64,000 nucleotides of DNA from an uncultured Actinomycetota bacterium (GCA_963753435.1 CAVWCF010000001.1:480001-544000); one strand, 5' to 3'. Numbered from the stretch's first letter, positions 41,851 through 53,672 are shown. Notes: generated from the letters alone by a model not told the origin. Numbers and translations: made by a program.

Positions 41851-42441
41851 CTACTTGCCGTCCTTGGCCGCCTGCTTCATCTTCTGCTTGAACGCGCGCA
41901 CCTTGGCCAACGACTCGGGGCCGGTCACATCCGCGATGCTGCGGTGCGAGCCGGCCTTGCCATAGTCACCGGTGGCCGCGCGCCATCCCGTGGGCTGCAC
42001 GTTGAGCTGCTTGCCCAGCAGTGCGGCAAAGATCTTGGCCTTCTGTGCGCCGAAGCCGGGCAGTGCTTGCAGCCTGGCCACCAGCGTCTTGCCGTCGGGT
42101 ACGTCCGCCCAGATCGCCGCCGCGTCGCCGTCGTACTCCGCTGCGATCACAGTCGCCAGCGCCTGGACCCGCTTTCCCATGGAACCGGGGAATCGGTGCA
42201 CCGCCGGGGGTCCGCTCATCACCTTGCCGAATTCATCCGGATCGGTTTCGGCGATGAGGCGGGCGTCCAGCCGCTTCGGCGTTCCCATGCGTTGGGCGAT
42301 TACCGCCGGCCCGCCGAAGGCACGCTCCATTGGGATCTGCTGATCCAGCAGCATGCCGACCAACAGCGCGAACGGGTCCCGCGACAGCAGCGCGTCGGCG
42401 GATTCGTCCAGCGCTAGGTGCAGCGCCGGCTTGCTCGGCAT
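41851..42441 (-). CDS. HhH-GPD-type base-excision repair protein (actinobacterial family)
   Basis: LLVGMLLDQQIPMERAF, HRFPGSM, LPGFGAQKAKIF, RSIADV. Confidence 0.9.
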   Translation of the reverse strand: MPSKPALHLALDESADALLSRDPFALLVGMLLDQQIPMERAFGGPAVIAQRMGTPKRLDARLIAETDPDEFGKVMSGPPAVHRFPGSMGKRVQALATVIAAEYDGDAAAIWADVPDGKTLVARLQALPGFGAQKAKIFAALLGKQLNVQPTGWRAATGDYGKAGSHRSIADVTGPESLAKVRAFKQKMKQAAKDGK

Positions 42442-42445
42442 CTAG

Positions 42446-42844
42446 TCAGACCTTGACGGCCAGCACCGGGCACGGTGCGTCCAGCAGGATCTGCACCGCG
42501 TTGCTGCCCATGATCAGCTTGCCGACCGGAGACCGACGGCGTAGGCCGATAACGATCATGTCGGCCTCGGCCTGAGTTGCGATATCGATCAGGTCTTCGG
42601 CCGGCTCGTTGCCGCGAACCAGGTTTCGCACCTCGTAGGGCACCCCGGAGGCATCCAACTGCTTGCGCACGGCCGCAAGTTCGCCGCGCAACTCAGTGGC
42701 CGCCTCCGCGTCCAGGTTGGCACCGCCCTTGCTGGAAGTAACGACGATCAAGGGGACGTCGCGCAGCTTGACCTCTTCAATGGCCCGCCGCAGCGCGGCC
42801 TCGCCTTCTGCGGTCGCGACGTACCCCAACACCACTGCACCCAT
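42446..42844 (-). CDS. Universal stress protein
   Basis: VIGLRRRSPVGKLIMGSNA..LLDAPCPVLAVK; GGAGGAGG RBS. Confidence 0.92.
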   Translation of the reverse strand: MGAVVLGYVATAEGEAALRRAIEEVKLRDVPLIVVTSSKGGANLDAEAATELRGELAAVRKQLDASGVPYEVRNLVRGNEPAEDLIDIATQAEADMIVIGLRRRSPVGKLIMGSNAVQILLDAPCPVLAVKV

Positions 42845-42956
42845 TCGGCCTCCTCCAGTTGCCGGGCTGACGCTAGCGGAACCCCTGCCCTGCGCGTGGC
42901 TAGTCCGGCAGCCAGTGCGAGGATGCCGCCGCAGCCGACGATGGAGGAATACGAAC

Positions 42957-43580
42957 GTGCGCGTTCTGGTGATGGGGGCGGCGGGACAGACCGGACGCCT
43001 GGCCGTGGACGAACTGGTGGCCCTGGGGCACGAGGTGCGCGGGATGGTTCGGTCAACTGAACAGTTCGACGCCGTCACCGCCGCCGGGGCGGCACCGGTT
43101 CAGGGGGACCTGATGGGCGACTACGCCGAAGCCCTGGCCGGGGTGGACGCGGTGGTGTTCTGTGCCGGGGCGCCGCTTGGTGGCGACCCCGAGGTCATCG
43201 ACCGGGACGCGTGCATCGCCGCCCAGGCCAGCGCGCAGGCAGCCGGCGTGAAGCGCTGGGTGCAGTTGTCCTCGCTGATGGCCGACCGACCGGAGCAGGG
43301 GCCGCCGTTCCTCCTGAAGTTCCTGCAGGCCAAGGGGGCGTCGGATGCGGCCCTAGCCGACTCCGAACTGGACTGGACTGTGGTCCGACCCGGTGGGCTG
43401 CAGGATGCGCCGACGACCGGGCTGGTGAGCGTTGGAACCGGGCTGCCTTCGGGTGGGTTGCCACGCGGTGATGTTGCTGCCGTCCTGGCTGCCACCGTGG
43501 CCGCGGACAACACCATCGGCAAGGCGTTCGACCTGATGGGCGGGCATACGCCGGTAGCTGAGGCAGTCGCCTCGATCTGA
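42957..43580 (+). CDS. NAD(P)H-binding atypical SDR
   Basis: GAAGQTG, AVVFCAGA, DWTVVRPGGL, RGDVA; GGAGG RBS. Confidence 0.9.
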   Translation: MRVLVMGAAGQTGRLAVDELVALGHEVRGMVRSTEQFDAVTAAGAAPVQGDLMGDYAEALAGVDAVVFCAGAPLGGDPEVIDRDACIAAQASAQAAGVKRWVQLSSLMADRPEQGPPFLLKFLQAKGASDAALADSELDWTVVRPGGLQDAPTTGLVSVGTGLPSGGLPRGDVAAVLAATVAADNTIGKAFDLMGGHTPVAEAVASI

Positions 43581-43605
43581 GCGCAGTTTGCGGGCCTTGC
43601 GACGC

Positions 43606-44431
43606 CTAGTCCCGGCCGGAGACGAGTCGCGCCCGGGCTTCGCGCACCGGAACGGTGACGCTGCTCGACTGGGTCACCGGTCCCCCGGCGACCGGGTAGG
43701 GGCCGAAGCCGTCGACCGTGAACTCCCCCAACCAGCGCGTGGTGAGTTCGACCTGGCGTTGCCCCGTCTGCGTGAAGGTGTGACTGACCGAGTCGTCGGG
43801 CCAGGCTCCGCCTGGTTGTGCTGTCTGCAGCATCTCGCCATCGGCGAAGTCCCAGATGAAGTCGGCAGTCGCGGTCACCCGCACGTCGAACGGGCCCAGG
43901 GAGACATCGGCGGGACCGAACCGAGCCGGCTGACCGGCGGCGAACAGCGTGGCCACGTTCACAAGCCCACCGGCCGCCGGCTGGAAGCTGATCGCCTGCC
44001 GCGGCAGCAACTCCTCGAAGTCGTCCACCAGCAGCGCGGACAGTTGCGCAGGAGTACGCGGGGTCCCCGGGCCCAGGCAAACCGAACCGACGCGTTCGAA
44101 GGCAGTGTCTGTGGGCCGTAGCAGGCGGATCTCGAACCTGTTCTGGCCACGCGGGCAGGTGGCGACCGAGCCCAGACAGTTGGAGTCGATCGCGTCGCGG
44201 CAGTCCGGAAGTAGCTCCCAGACGCACCCAGGACAGTCCGACGCGGCCTTGCGCGCGCCAGCCTCGCCCCGGAACGTGGCCGCCGGAATCAACAGGTCAC
44301 CCCGGATCGAATCCGCGGTGTCATCGCCCGAGACATCGCAGCGGTATCTCAGCGCAGCGCATGAGCAGGTCGCAGGCCACCGGACGAAGGTCGCGAGGAC
44401 GACGGATCAGCGCCAGCAGAGTCCGTTTCAC
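43606..44431 (-). CDS. Secreted Cys-containing protein with PKD-like C-terminus; 5' part frameshifted
   Basis: GLVNVATLF, WDFADG, PGGAWPD..VSHTF, VPVREARARL; signal-like start at GTG 44431 lies in another frame. Confidence 0.65.
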
Positions 44432-44968
44432 AGTTCGTCGACGTCCGCGACACGCCAGTGACCTGAGACCTCGGCCGTGAGCAGAACGCATGAATCGAAT
44501 TTGGAGGCGGACCATCGAGTCCATGACTTCACCGTCGACACCGAGCACGCGGAGGCGGCTCTGCCATGAGCGAGCTGATTGCCGTCGCACGACTTCCGGA
44601 GTCGTCGGCGACTTCGATACTCGGTGATCGTCCACCGCGCCATCAGGAGTGGAGTCTCCCGCGCGTAGCGGCCTTCGATCGCTGTCGGCGAATGCGAGGC
44701 AAGTGCATTCGGGAGTGACCGCTTGGCGGAACCGCGTGGTGTCCCCGGTGCTCATCGCGACGTTCGCAGCAGCGACGTACTCGCGGACCGCGGCTTCCAC
44801 TGGGTCCGCTTCGGGGTCCGCATTCTCGGTTGCATCGACCCCGGACGCCGGCGAGCCCTCGGCGGGCGCGGGCAGCGGCACCTCTGAGTTCAGCGCCGCC
44901 GGCTGCGAACCAGCAGAGCAGGCGGCAACCGTCAACGGCAGCAGCACGGCCAGGGCGAGTCGCAACAC
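44428..44968 (-). CDS. Putative lipoprotein (DUF6318-like), frameshifted
   Basis: Lipobox VAAC, YVAAANVAMSTGDT, CTC; C-terminal HWRVADVDEL* in another frame. Confidence 0.6.
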
Positions 44969-45037
44969 GACCGCGGAAGGTACGTGGGCGCACGCCAGCC
45001 GAGAAACCAGCGGACCTGACCTGTGGAAAAGGTCCGC

Positions 45038-45829
45038 CTACCAGCGGCGGGCCCGCAACCCGCTCGGCGTCGAGGGGACTTGCAGCCCCATGCGCTTCAT
45101 GCCTTCCTCGATCGCCTTCACCGTGTGCTCCAACACGAATACCCGGCCGTAGCGCTTGCTCTCCGCCGGGACCACGAACCAAGGCGCCCGTTCGTGCTCG
45201 GTGCGATTGAGCATGTCCTCAACCGCCTCTTCGTACTCAATGCGGCGCTCGCGGTTGCGCCAGTCCTCGTCGGTCAGCTTCCACTGCTTCAGGGGGTCCT
45301 TGGCACGTCGGTGGAACCGCTTCAACTGCTCGTCCTCGGAAATGTGCATCCAGAACTTGATCAGGATCATGCCCTCGTCCACGAGGGTGGTCTCGAAGTC
45401 GACGATCTCGCCGAATGCGCGCTTCCACTGATCCCTGGTCGCGAAGCCTTCCACCCGCTCGACCAGCACCCGCCCGTACCAGGAACGGTCCATGATGCTC
45501 ATCCCGCCCCAGCCGGGTAGCGCCGCCCAGAACCGGGCCAGGAAGTGGTGGCGCTTCTCGTCGTAGGTGGGCGCTGCGAACTGTGCGACTCGCACGTGCC
45601 TGGGGTCCAGCGGGGCCACGATGCGGCGGATCGAGCCGCCCTTGCCGGACGCGTCCCAACCCTCGAACACGACACACACCGGCGGGCCGATCACCTCGCC
45701 GGCCTTGGCCATCTGACCGCCCAGCACCAGACGCAGGAACAGCAGGCGCGTCTGGGCCGCGGCCAGTCGCTCGTCCTCCTCCTCGCGGGACAGCGACAGT
45801 GACAGGTCTACCTCGCTCAACCGACTCAT
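45038..45829 (-). CDS. ppk2: Polyphosphate kinase 2 family protein
   Basis: FEGWDASGKGGSI, DRSWYGRVLVERVEG, KFWMHIS, WKLTDEDWRNR. Confidence 0.93.
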   Translation of the reverse strand: MSRLSEVDLSLSLSREEEDERLAAAQTRLLFLRLVLGGQMAKAGEVIGPPVCVVFEGWDASGKGGSIRRIVAPLDPRHVRVAQFAAPTYDEKRHHFLARFWAALPGWGGMSIMDRSWYGRVLVERVEGFATRDQWKRAFGEIVDFETTLVDEGMILIKFWMHISEDEQLKRFHRRAKDPLKQWKLTDEDWRNRERRIEYEEAVEDMLNRTEHERAPWFVVPAESKRYGRVFVLEHTVKAIEEGMKRMGLQVPSTPSGLRARRW

Positions 45830-45879
45830 GGGCCCGAATGTTGCCGCATGCCACAACCGGGCGGTGACAGGATCACCGT

Positions 45880-46710
45880 ATGAGCACCGCGTTCGTCCTC
45901 GGCGGCGGCGGACACCTCGGCGCCCACGAGGTGGGCATGTTGCGCGCGCTGCTGGAACGCGGCATCACTCCCGACATCGTGATCGGCACCTCAGTTGGCG
46001 CCATCAACGGCGTGGTGGTGGCCGCCGAGCCGGACCTTCGAGCCGTGGACGAGTTGGCGGACCTGTGGGCCGGCATATCCGCCTCGGACATCTTCGGCGG
46101 CTCCATGTTCAACCGGATCCGCACGCTGGCGCAGTCCCGGACCCACGTTCACAGCAACACAGCGCTGCGCCGGATGCTCGCGGAGAAGCTGCCCGTGCAG
46201 AGGTTTGAGGACCTCGCAGTCCCGTTTCAGGCGGTAGCGGCCAGCATCGAGCGGGCCGCGCCCACCTACTTCACCTCCGGTCCGCTGATCCCCGCGATCC
46301 TGGCTTCCAGTGCGGTGCCCGGGCTGCTGCCGCCGGTCCAGATCGACGGCGAGCACTACATCGACGGTGGCATCGTCGATTCGATCCCGCTCGGTCGCGC
46401 CATCACGCTTGGCGCCAAGACCATCTTCGTGCTCCAGGTCGGCCGCATCGAAACACCGCTCACGGTGCCGAAGAAGCCGTGGGAAGTGGCGCTGGTGGCC
46501 TTCGAGATCTCCCGACGCCACCGCTTCGCCGGGGACCTGGAGGACGTGCCCGAAGACGTGAGCGTGCACGTGCTGCCGACCGGGGCCCCGACGCGATATG
46601 ACGACCCCGGTCAACTTCGTTACCGCTCGTTCGGGCGGACCGAGGCCCGGATCGCTCGCTCCCACGAAGCGGCGAGTGAGTACCTCGACCAGATCGGCTT
46701 GACCTCGTGA
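45880..46710 (+). CDS. Patatin-like phospholipase
   Basis: GGGGHLG, GTSVG, DGG. Confidence 0.93.
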   Translation: MSTAFVLGGGGHLGAHEVGMLRALLERGITPDIVIGTSVGAINGVVVAAEPDLRAVDELADLWAGISASDIFGGSMFNRIRTLAQSRTHVHSNTALRRMLAEKLPVQRFEDLAVPFQAVAASIERAAPTYFTSGPLIPAILASSAVPGLLPPVQIDGEHYIDGGIVDSIPLGRAITLGAKTIFVLQVGRIETPLTVPKKPWEVALVAFEISRRHRFAGDLEDVPEDVSVHVLPTGAPTRYDDPGQLRYRSFGRTEARIARSHEAASEYLDQIGLTS

Positions 46711-47735
46711 ACCTGCCGGTGCCGCCGTACTGGGTTCGGCGCCTGGTGCTGGTCCCACTCGTGTTCGCCTTTGCGACGGTGGTGCTGTTCGGCATCCCGC
46801 TGACCCTGGCCGCCCTCCTGTTGTTGTCCTTCCTGGTCCCCGGCAAGTGGCGGCCCCTGCGTCTGGCCGGCTTCACCTTGGTCTACCTGGCGATGGAGTG
46901 GGCCGGGCTGATCGCAGCGTTCGTCCTGTGGGTGATGTCGGGCTTCGGCCTGTTCCTGAAGCGGCACTGGTTCCAGCAACGCCACTACGGGCTGCTGCGA
47001 ACGATGCTGGCGGGTCTGGTCTGGGTGGCCGAGCGGATGTTCCGACTGTCCATCGCCACCGAGGGAGACGAGCCCGAAGCAGCCGACGTCAGCGCCGACC
47101 GGCCGGCGCTGGTGCTGTCCCGCCACGCCGGACCCGGCGACTCGTTCCTGATCGTCGATCGCCTCCTGCGGGTGCGGCGGCGACAGCCCCGGATCGTCTT
47201 GAAGGCGACCCTGCAATTGGACCCGCTCATCGACGTCGTGCTCAATCGGCTGCCTTGCCGGTTCATCGACGCAGCCCCCGGCGCGGGGGCGCAAACCGTC
47301 CAGGCGATAGGTGAACTCGCCGCCGACATGCAGGCGCAAGACGCCCTGGTCATCTTCCCCGAAGGCGGCAACTTCACTCCCGGTCGCCGCGTCCGGGCCA
47401 TCGAAAGGTTGCGCGCGTCCGGTCGAGACGATGCTGCGGATCGGGCCGAACGGTTGCGGCACACCTTGCCGCCGCGGCCGGCCGGGGTCTTCGCGGCGCG
47501 AACTTCCGCACCCGATGCCGGCGTCGCGGTGGTGGCGCACACGGGACTGGACCGGATGAACACGCTTCGGGACATCTGGCGGGAACTGCCGCAGGAGAAG
47601 ACTCTGCTGGTGACCTGGCGGTGGTTCGCCGCCACGGACGTTCCGGAGGACCTACCGGGGCTTGCGGACTGGCTCAATGCAGTCTGGTCCGGCGTCGACG
47701 GCTGGATCGCGGCCAATCAGCCCCCAGCGGCGTGA
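46707..47735 (+). CDS. 1-acyl-sn-glycerol-3-phosphate acyltransferase family protein
   Basis: RHAGPGDS (HX4D), IFPEGG, LPPRP; overlaps the patatin stop. Confidence 0.9.
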   Translation: MNLPVPPYWVRRLVLVPLVFAFATVVLFGIPLTLAALLLLSFLVPGKWRPLRLAGFTLVYLAMEWAGLIAAFVLWVMSGFGLFLKRHWFQQRHYGLLRTMLAGLVWVAERMFRLSIATEGDEPEAADVSADRPALVLSRHAGPGDSFLIVDRLLRVRRRQPRIVLKATLQLDPLIDVVLNRLPCRFIDAAPGAGAQTVQAIGELAADMQAQDALVIFPEGGNFTPGRRVRAIERLRASGRDDAADRAERLRHTLPPRPAGVFAARTSAPDAGVAVVAHTGLDRMNTLRDIWRELPQEKTLLVTWRWFAATDVPEDLPGLADWLNAVWSGVDGWIAANQPPAA

Positions 47736-47736
47736 C

Positions 47737-48717
47737 TCAGGAGGCCGCCTGCGAAGCACCAGATCCCACGGCCGCAGCAGACCGACAGATGGCCGCGATC
47801 TCCGCCGGCGGCAGCCCGGCCGCCAGCCCGCAGTCGAGCAGTTGTGCCAGCCGATACTCCGGATCTGCGGACAACGCCAACTCCAGCAGTTGGGCCGCGC
47901 GGGCGCCGTCCCCGCGCAGCCAGGCCGGCAACGCGGTGAGGGTCAGCACGGGCGCCGCCGCCGACGTTGGGCACCCAGACACCAACCAGGCCAGCAACGG
48001 CTCAACGCCGGTGGGGTCCGCCGCAATCACACCCATCAACGCGTCGCGAACCCGAACATCACGAAGCGCGGTCAGGAGTTGGGCGCTGCGAAGAGCCGTC
48101 GGCATGGGGGCACCCGTCGCGCTCGCCGCGATGCCTTCCAGCCAGCGCTGCAGATGGACGGCCGTGACATCTGGTTGGCCTGCGGCGAGTTCGTCCAGAT
48201 GCTGCCGCACCTCGGCCTGCCGCTCGGCGTCCGCGGCCACGTCAGCGATGAGAGCGGCTCGGTCGCTGCGCGCGACGCGGCCAGCGGCCACCAATTGGGC
48301 CACCACCGGCAACTGGTCCGCATCCGGTAGTGCGTTGCCACTCGGCGGGCAGCACGCCGCCGACTCGCACAGCAGCGATCGCCATCGGCCATCCAGCACT
48401 GAAAGCACGTCCAACACCACCAACTGACCGCAGCGAATGCCGTCAGCGACGGCGGTCAACGCGGCGGTGGCCGTTGGGCCGTAGCCGACGAGGATCAACC
48501 CCTCGGCTCCGGCTCGTTGCAGGTGCGCGGTGAGCAACCGCGCCAGGGCATCCGGCTGCGTCCCGGCCTCGGCGTCCACCCGTAGATGCAGGACCGGTGA
48601 GTCCGCGGCCAGACCGCAGGCAACGAAACAGTCGGACGGATGAAAGCCGATCAGATACGGGATCGCGGCTATCAGTTCGGCGGGGTCACGCAGCTTGATG
48701 ATGTCGGTGTCGGGCAT
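47737..48717 (-). CDS. DUF4192 family protein
   Basis: LIAAIPYLIGFHP, RSLLCESAACCP, VRDALM, AWLRGDGARA, YRLAQLL. Confidence 0.88.
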   Translation of the reverse strand: MPDTDIIKLRDPAELIAAIPYLIGFHPSDCFVACGLAADSPVLHLRVDAEAGTQPDALARLLTAHLQRAGAEGLILVGYGPTATAALTAVADGIRCGQLVVLDVLSVLDGRWRSLLCESAACCPPSGNALPDADQLPVVAQLVAAGRVARSDRAALIADVAADAERQAEVRQHLDELAAGQPDVTAVHLQRWLEGIAASATGAPMPTALRSAQLLTALRDVRVRDALMGVIAADPTGVEPLLAWLVSGCPTSAAAPVLTLTALPAWLRGDGARAAQLLELALSADPEYRLAQLLDCGLAAGLPPAEIAAICRSAAAVGSGASQAAS

Positions 48718-48823
48718 GGGCGAACACTGGGTGCCCACACGGCCGCTCCAATCCAGGTAACCGCGGCTGTGGAATGGCATTGACCGCCATGGCCTGTGGA
48801 AGGAGGCCCAAGGCGGGGCCCGG

Positions 48824-51049
48824 CTAGCGGACCGCGGGGTCGACGGAGCCGAACCGGCGCAGTCGAAGGGAGTTGGCCACCACGCAAACGCTGGAGGCCG
48901 CCATCGCCGCAGCGGCGATCATCGGGTTGAGCAGCCCCGCCATCGCAACGGGGATCGCGACAACGTTGTAGATGAACGCCCAGAACAGGTTCTGCTTGAT
49001 TGTGCGCAGCGTGGCCCGGGACAAGCGAATCGCATCCACGGCCGCCAACAGGTCCTCGCGGACCAAGGTCAACGCCGAGGCCTCGATCGCGGCATCAGTG
49101 CCGGACCCCATGGACAGGCCCAGGTCGGCGGTGGCCAACGCAGCGGCATCGTTGACACCGTCCCCAACCATCGCGACCACATGCCCGTCGGCGGCCAGCC
49201 GCTTAACCACTTCCACCTTTTCCTCAGGGCTGACGGCGGAAAGCACGGCCGGAACACCGATCGTGGCGGCGACGGCGTTGGCGGTCTCGGCGTGATCACC
49301 GGTCACCAGCATCGGCGTCAAACCCAGTTCGCGTAGGCGACTCACCGCCGCCGCGCTGCTGGGTCGCACCTGGTCGGCCACGCCGAGGAGTCCGTACGCG
49401 TGACCGTCCACTGCAACAGCAACGACGATCTGGCCGTCGCCGCGATGGACTGCTCCCAGGACGTCGAGGTCTGCCGACAGGACCGCTCCGGAGGAGTTCT
49501 CCACCCACTCCGGTTGGCCGACCCAAACCGTGTGACCGTCGACCTCACCGCGGGCCCCACGGCCGGGCACGGCCGCAAAGTTCTCGACGGTGGGCAGCCG
49601 GTCGAAACGCGCGATGGCGGCGTCGGCTACGGCCCGGGCGATCGGGTGCTCGCTGGCGTCCTCAACCGCGCCGGCCCACCGGAGCAGGTCGACCTCGTCG
49701 ACGTCGGCGGCCGGCACTACCGAGACCAGGCTCATCCGCCCGGTCGTGACGGTGCCGGTCTTGTCCAGCACGATCGTGTCGGCGCGCCGAGTGTCCTCCA
49801 GCACCTCCGGGCCGCGGATCAGCACGCCCAGCTCTGCGCCACGACCGGTGCCGACGAGCAAGGCCGTCGGGGTGGCCAGTCCCAGCGCACAGGGACAAGC
49901 GATAACCAGCACCGCAACGGCTGCGGTGATGGCTTGCTCGGCCGTGCCGCCACCAATCACCCAACCGACGGCGGTGACCACCGACAGGACGATGACGATG
50001 GGAACGAACACAGCCGCGACACGGTCGGCCAACCGCTGCACCGGGGCCCGACCGGACTGTGCGTCCCGGACCAGCCGCCGAATCTGCGCCAGTCGGGTCT
50101 GTTCGCCAACCCCGGTGGCCTCCACCTCAAGCCGCCCGCCGACGTTGATGGTGGCGCCGACCACGACGTCGCCGACCCCGACCTCAGCTGGCATGGACTC
50201 ACCGGTGAGCATTGAGGAGTCCACGGCGGAGCGGCCGGTGAGGATCACCCCGTCGGCAGCGAATCGCTCCCCCGGGCGCACCAGGAACCGATCGCCGACG
50301 CGCAGGTCGCCCGCCGGCACCCGTACTTCGACCCCGTCACGCAGCAGGGACGCCTCATCCGGGGCCAGGTGCAGCAGCGCCCGCACCGCCGATCCCGATT
50401 CGTGCTTGGCGCGCGCTTCCAGCCACCGCCCCAGCAGCAGGAAGACCGTGATGGCGACCCCGACCTCCACGTACAGGTCCAAGCGCGGCCAGGCCGCAAC
50501 GGCAACAACGCTCCAGGCGAAGGACACGGTCACGCCAAGCGAGATCAGCGTGTCCATGGTGAGCAGGCCGTGCCGCGCGTTGGCCCAAGCGGCCCGGTGG
50601 AACGGCCAAGCCCCCCAAGTGACTACGGGTGTGGCCAGGGCCACCGTCACCCACTGGTACCCGTCGAAGCGCAGCGCGGGAACCATCGACAGCAACACCA
50701 CGGGAACGCCGAGAACCAGCGACCAACGCAGCCGTCGGCGCAGGTTCGCGACGACTCGGAGCTGCTCGTCCTCGACGGTGGAGGACTCCGCCTGACCGGG
50801 TTCGGGGGCGGCAGTTGCCCCGTAACCAACGGCCTCCACCGCTGCCACCAGGTCATCGACTGCAACGGCGTCGGGCACCTGCGCGGTCGCCTGCGCGGTG
50901 GCGTAGTTGACCGAAGCGGATACCCCGTCGAACTGGTTCAGTCGCCGCTCAATATTGGCAGCGCAACTGGCACAACTCATTCCGGTTACGTCAAGCCGCA
51001 CCGTCCTGGTGGACTGCTCAGGAGTGCTGGAGAGGTCCTGTGCACTCAT
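48824..51049 (-). CDS. copA: Heavy-metal (Cu+) translocating P1B-type ATPase
   Basis: [43 protein letters not shown]. Confidence 0.93.
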   Translation of the reverse strand: MSAQDLSSTPEQSTRTVRLDVTGMSCASCAANIERRLNQFDGVSASVNYATAQATAQVPDAVAVDDLVAAVEAVGYGATAAPEPGQAESSTVEDEQLRVVANLRRRLRWSLVLGVPVVLLSMVPALRFDGYQWVTVALATPVVTWGAWPFHRAAWANARHGLLTMDTLISLGVTVSFAWSVVAVAAWPRLDLYVEVGVAITVFLLLGRWLEARAKHESGSAVRALLHLAPDEASLLRDGVEVRVPAGDLRVGDRFLVRPGERFAADGVILTGRSAVDSSMLTGESMPAEVGVGDVVVGATINVGGRLEVEATGVGEQTRLAQIRRLVRDAQSGRAPVQRLADRVAAVFVPIVIVLSVVTAVGWVIGGGTAEQAITAAVAVLVIACPCALGLATPTALLVGTGRGAELGVLIRGPEVLEDTRRADTIVLDKTGTVTTGRMSLVSVVPAADVDEVDLLRWAGAVEDASEHPIARAVADAAIARFDRLPTVENFAAVPGRGARGEVDGHTVWVGQPEWVENSSGAVLSADLDVLGAVHRGDGQIVVAVAVDGHAYGLLGVADQVRPSSAAAVSRLRELGLTPMLVTGDHAETANAVAATIGVPAVLSAVSPEEKVEVVKRLAADGHVVAMVGDGVNDAAALATADLGLSMGSGTDAAIEASALTLVREDLLAAVDAIRLSRATLRTIKQNLFWAFIYNVVAIPVAMAGLLNPMIAAAAMAASSVCVVANSLRLRRFGSVDPAVR

Positions 51050-51105
51050 GTGCGCCTCCCATGCTCACTGAAGACCCATTGTGGCACTGCCCGGGTCCGA
51101 CACCC

Positions 51106-52071
51106 TCAGGCGATGCGGTCGACCGGGATCTGCCCGAAGCGACCCTTCTGGAAGTCCTCCAACGCGGTCAGCACCTCGGCCTTGGTGTTCATCACGAACG
51201 GCCCGTAGTGGGCGATCGGCTCGCGGATCGGCTGCCCACCCAGCAGGAGCACTTCCAGACCCGGCGACCGACTGTCGCCCCGGTCCGCGGCAACCAGCGT
51301 CATGTGCCCGCCAGCGCCGAACTGGACCAGTTGCCCTTCGCCGAACGGCGCCCGCTCCTCGCCAGCGAAGCCCTTGCCGGAGAGTGCGTAGGCAAGTGCG
51401 TTGAAACCCGGTTCCCAGGGGATCTCCAGGCGCGCCCCGGCCGGTACCGAAGCGTGCAGGTAGCTGATGGGTGTGTGCGTGCTACCCGGGCCCTCGTATC
51501 CGGCCAACGTGCCCGCGATCAAACGCAGGAGGCTGCCGCCGTCATCACTGGCCAAAAGCTTGACCGCGGACGCCTCAATGTCCTGGTAGCGGGGTGCGGT
51601 CATCTTGTCCGAGGCCGGGAGGTTCACCCACAACTGCACGCCGTGGAACAGGCCGCCGGATGCGACCAGCCACTCCGGCGGGGTCTCGATGTGCAAGATG
51701 CCTTCGCCGGCTGTCATCCACTGGGTGGCGCCATCGGCGATCAGCCCGCCGCCACCAGTGGAGTCCTGGTGCTGGAAGGCGCCGTCCACGATGTAGGTGA
51801 CCGTCTCGAAGCCGCGGTGCGGGTGCCACGGCGTGCCCTTCGGTTCACCGGGCCCGTACTCCACCGCGCCCATGTGGTCCAACAGCAGGAACGGGTCGGC
51901 TTCGTGTAGTCCCATGCGGCCGGGGAACGGTCGCCGGACCGGAAAGCCCTCACCTTCGAAAGTGGCCAGACCTTCGACGACACGAGCCACGGGGCGCGAT
52001 GTAGACGTTGCCTGGTCCGGGCGCGGGACCCGAGGCAGAACAAGCAGATCGGGGGCGGTTACTGCGGGCAT
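51106..52071 (-). CDS. Pirin family protein
   Basis: DPFLLLDH, WHPHRGFETVTY, WMTAGEGILHIE, QLWVNLP, YGPFVMN. Confidence 0.94.
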   Translation of the reverse strand: MPAVTAPDLLVLPRVPRPDQATSTSRPVARVVEGLATFEGEGFPVRRPFPGRMGLHEADPFLLLDHMGAVEYGPGEPKGTPWHPHRGFETVTYIVDGAFQHQDSTGGGGLIADGATQWMTAGEGILHIETPPEWLVASGGLFHGVQLWVNLPASDKMTAPRYQDIEASAVKLLASDDGGSLLRLIAGTLAGYEGPGSTHTPISYLHASVPAGARLEIPWEPGFNALAYALSGKGFAGEERAPFGEGQLVQFGAGGHMTLVAADRGDSRSPGLEVLLLGGQPIREPIAHYGPFVMNTKAEVLTALEDFQKGRFGQIPVDRIA

Positions 52072-52206
52072 CGGGACCTCCTGGCTTCGGGAGAAGAGTA
52101 CTTCAATCCTCAACTATCTGCTACACGTGAATATTCCGACCACTGATCCGCACACGCGTCGGGGGGTGGTGTTCGAAGCGAAAAGGGGCAGGGGGATGAT
52201 CAGGCC

Positions 52207-52848
52207 ATGCGGCTGGACCACGTCTCCTATGCGACATCGTCGGAGCACCTCGCAGACACCGTTCAGCGAATCGGGGCTGCGCTGGGCGCAGCGTTCGTTG
52301 ACGGCGGATGTCACCCGGCGTTCGGCACACGCAACTTCGTTCTGCCGCTTGCCGGCAACACGTACCTGGAAGTCGTCTCCGCACTGGAGCACCCTGCCGC
52401 CGACCGCATGACGTTCGGCAAAGCGGTCAAGGCGCGCGCTGAGGCCGGCGGCGGCTGGCTCACCTGGGTGGTGGAGGTCGACGACATGGCCGCCGTGGAG
52501 GCGCGCGTTGGGCGCGCTTGCCTGGCCGGGCATCGGCGCCGTCCGGACGGGTTCGACCTGCGCTGGCGGCAACTGGGTCTGCTGGACGTCCTCGAGGACC
52601 CGTCACTGCCGTACTTCATCCAGTGGGATGTCCCCGAGGAGGAGCACCCGAGCCGCAGCGCACCCGCCACGGTTGCCGTGGAGTCCTGCGAACTCGCCGG
52701 CGACCAGGACAAGATCCGCCAATTCCTGGGCGGCCCGCTGGAGTCCCCCTTGCAGAGCAGCGCCATCGAGTGGGTCGACGGCGACGAGCCGGGCCTGGTC
52801 TCGGTTACGTTCCGCACCGCCTCCGGCGACATCGTCCGTATCGACTGA
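52207..52848 (+). CDS. VOC (glyoxalase_3-like) family protein
   Basis: MRLDHVSYA, GGCHPAFGTRN, YLEVV, LPYFIQW. Confidence 0.9.
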   Translation: MRLDHVSYATSSEHLADTVQRIGAALGAAFVDGGCHPAFGTRNFVLPLAGNTYLEVVSALEHPAADRMTFGKAVKARAEAGGGWLTWVVEVDDMAAVEARVGRACLAGHRRRPDGFDLRWRQLGLLDVLEDPSLPYFIQWDVPEEEHPSRSAPATVAVESCELAGDQDKIRQFLGGPLESPLQSSAIEWVDGDEPGLVSVTFRTASGDIVRID

Positions 52849-52898
52849 TCTGCGCGCCCATCGCGCGCCAACCCCTTCCTGCCGCCTAGCGTGCAGTC

Positions 52899-53672
52899 AT
52901 GATCACCGAGGCCGAGCAAGAAGTCCGGTTCCAGCGGCTGCGCCGCTACAACTTCGGTATGGGCCTACTGCACTTGGCTCAGGCGATCGCCGTGGTTGTG
53001 CTCGCCAACGAATTCACCCTTCCGGTCACGGCCGACTACCTGGCCGGCCCACCTGGCAGCGAGGCCCCGCCGCCGACGCTCCTGTTCGACTCACCCATCG
53101 GCTTCTGGGTGGCGGCCTTCCTCTTCCTGTCGGCGCTGGCCCACCTCGTGCTGGTGCTACCCGGCGTCTTCACCTGGTACGTCGACAACCTCAAGCGTGA
53201 GCGCAACTACGCCCGCTGGGTTGAGTACTCCGTTTCCAGTTCGATCATGATCGTCCTGATCGCGCAACTGACCGGCATTTCCGACATCACCGCCCTGTTG
53301 GCGATCTTCGCGGTGAACGCCACCATGATCGGATTCGGACTGCTCCAGGAGCACTACCACTCCCCCGGCGACGGGCACTGGCTGCCGTTCTGGCTCGGTT
53401 GCGTGGCCGGAACCGTCCCGTGGGTGGCGATCCTCATCTACGTGTTCGCGCCCGGCGCCGACACCGCAACAGCCATTCCCGGCTTCGTTGTGGTGATCTT
53501 CCTTTCGCTCTTCCTCCTCTTCAACACGTTCGCCGTGAACATGTACCTGCAGTACCGCCAGGTCGGCCGGTGGCGGGACTACCTCTTCGGCGAGTCCGTC
53601 TACGTGCTGTTGAGCCTCTTCGCCAAGTCGCTGCTGGCCTGGCAGATCTTCGGCAGCACTCTGGCCGGCTGA
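52899..53672 (+). CDS. heR: Heliorhodopsin
   Basis: 7 TM; LRRYN..LH..Q, GPPG, His in TM2, RWVEYS counterion motif, LSLFAKS retinal-binding Lys motif. Confidence 0.95.
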   Translation: MITEAEQEVRFQRLRRYNFGMGLLHLAQAIAVVVLANEFTLPVTADYLAGPPGSEAPPPTLLFDSPIGFWVAAFLFLSALAHLVLVLPGVFTWYVDNLKRERNYARWVEYSVSSSIMIVLIAQLTGISDITALLAIFAVNATMIGFGLLQEHYHSPGDGHWLPFWLGCVAGTVPWVAILIYVFAPGADTATAIPGFVVVIFLSLFLLFNTFAVNMYLQYRQVGRWRDYLFGESVYVLLSLFAKSLLAWQIFGSTLAG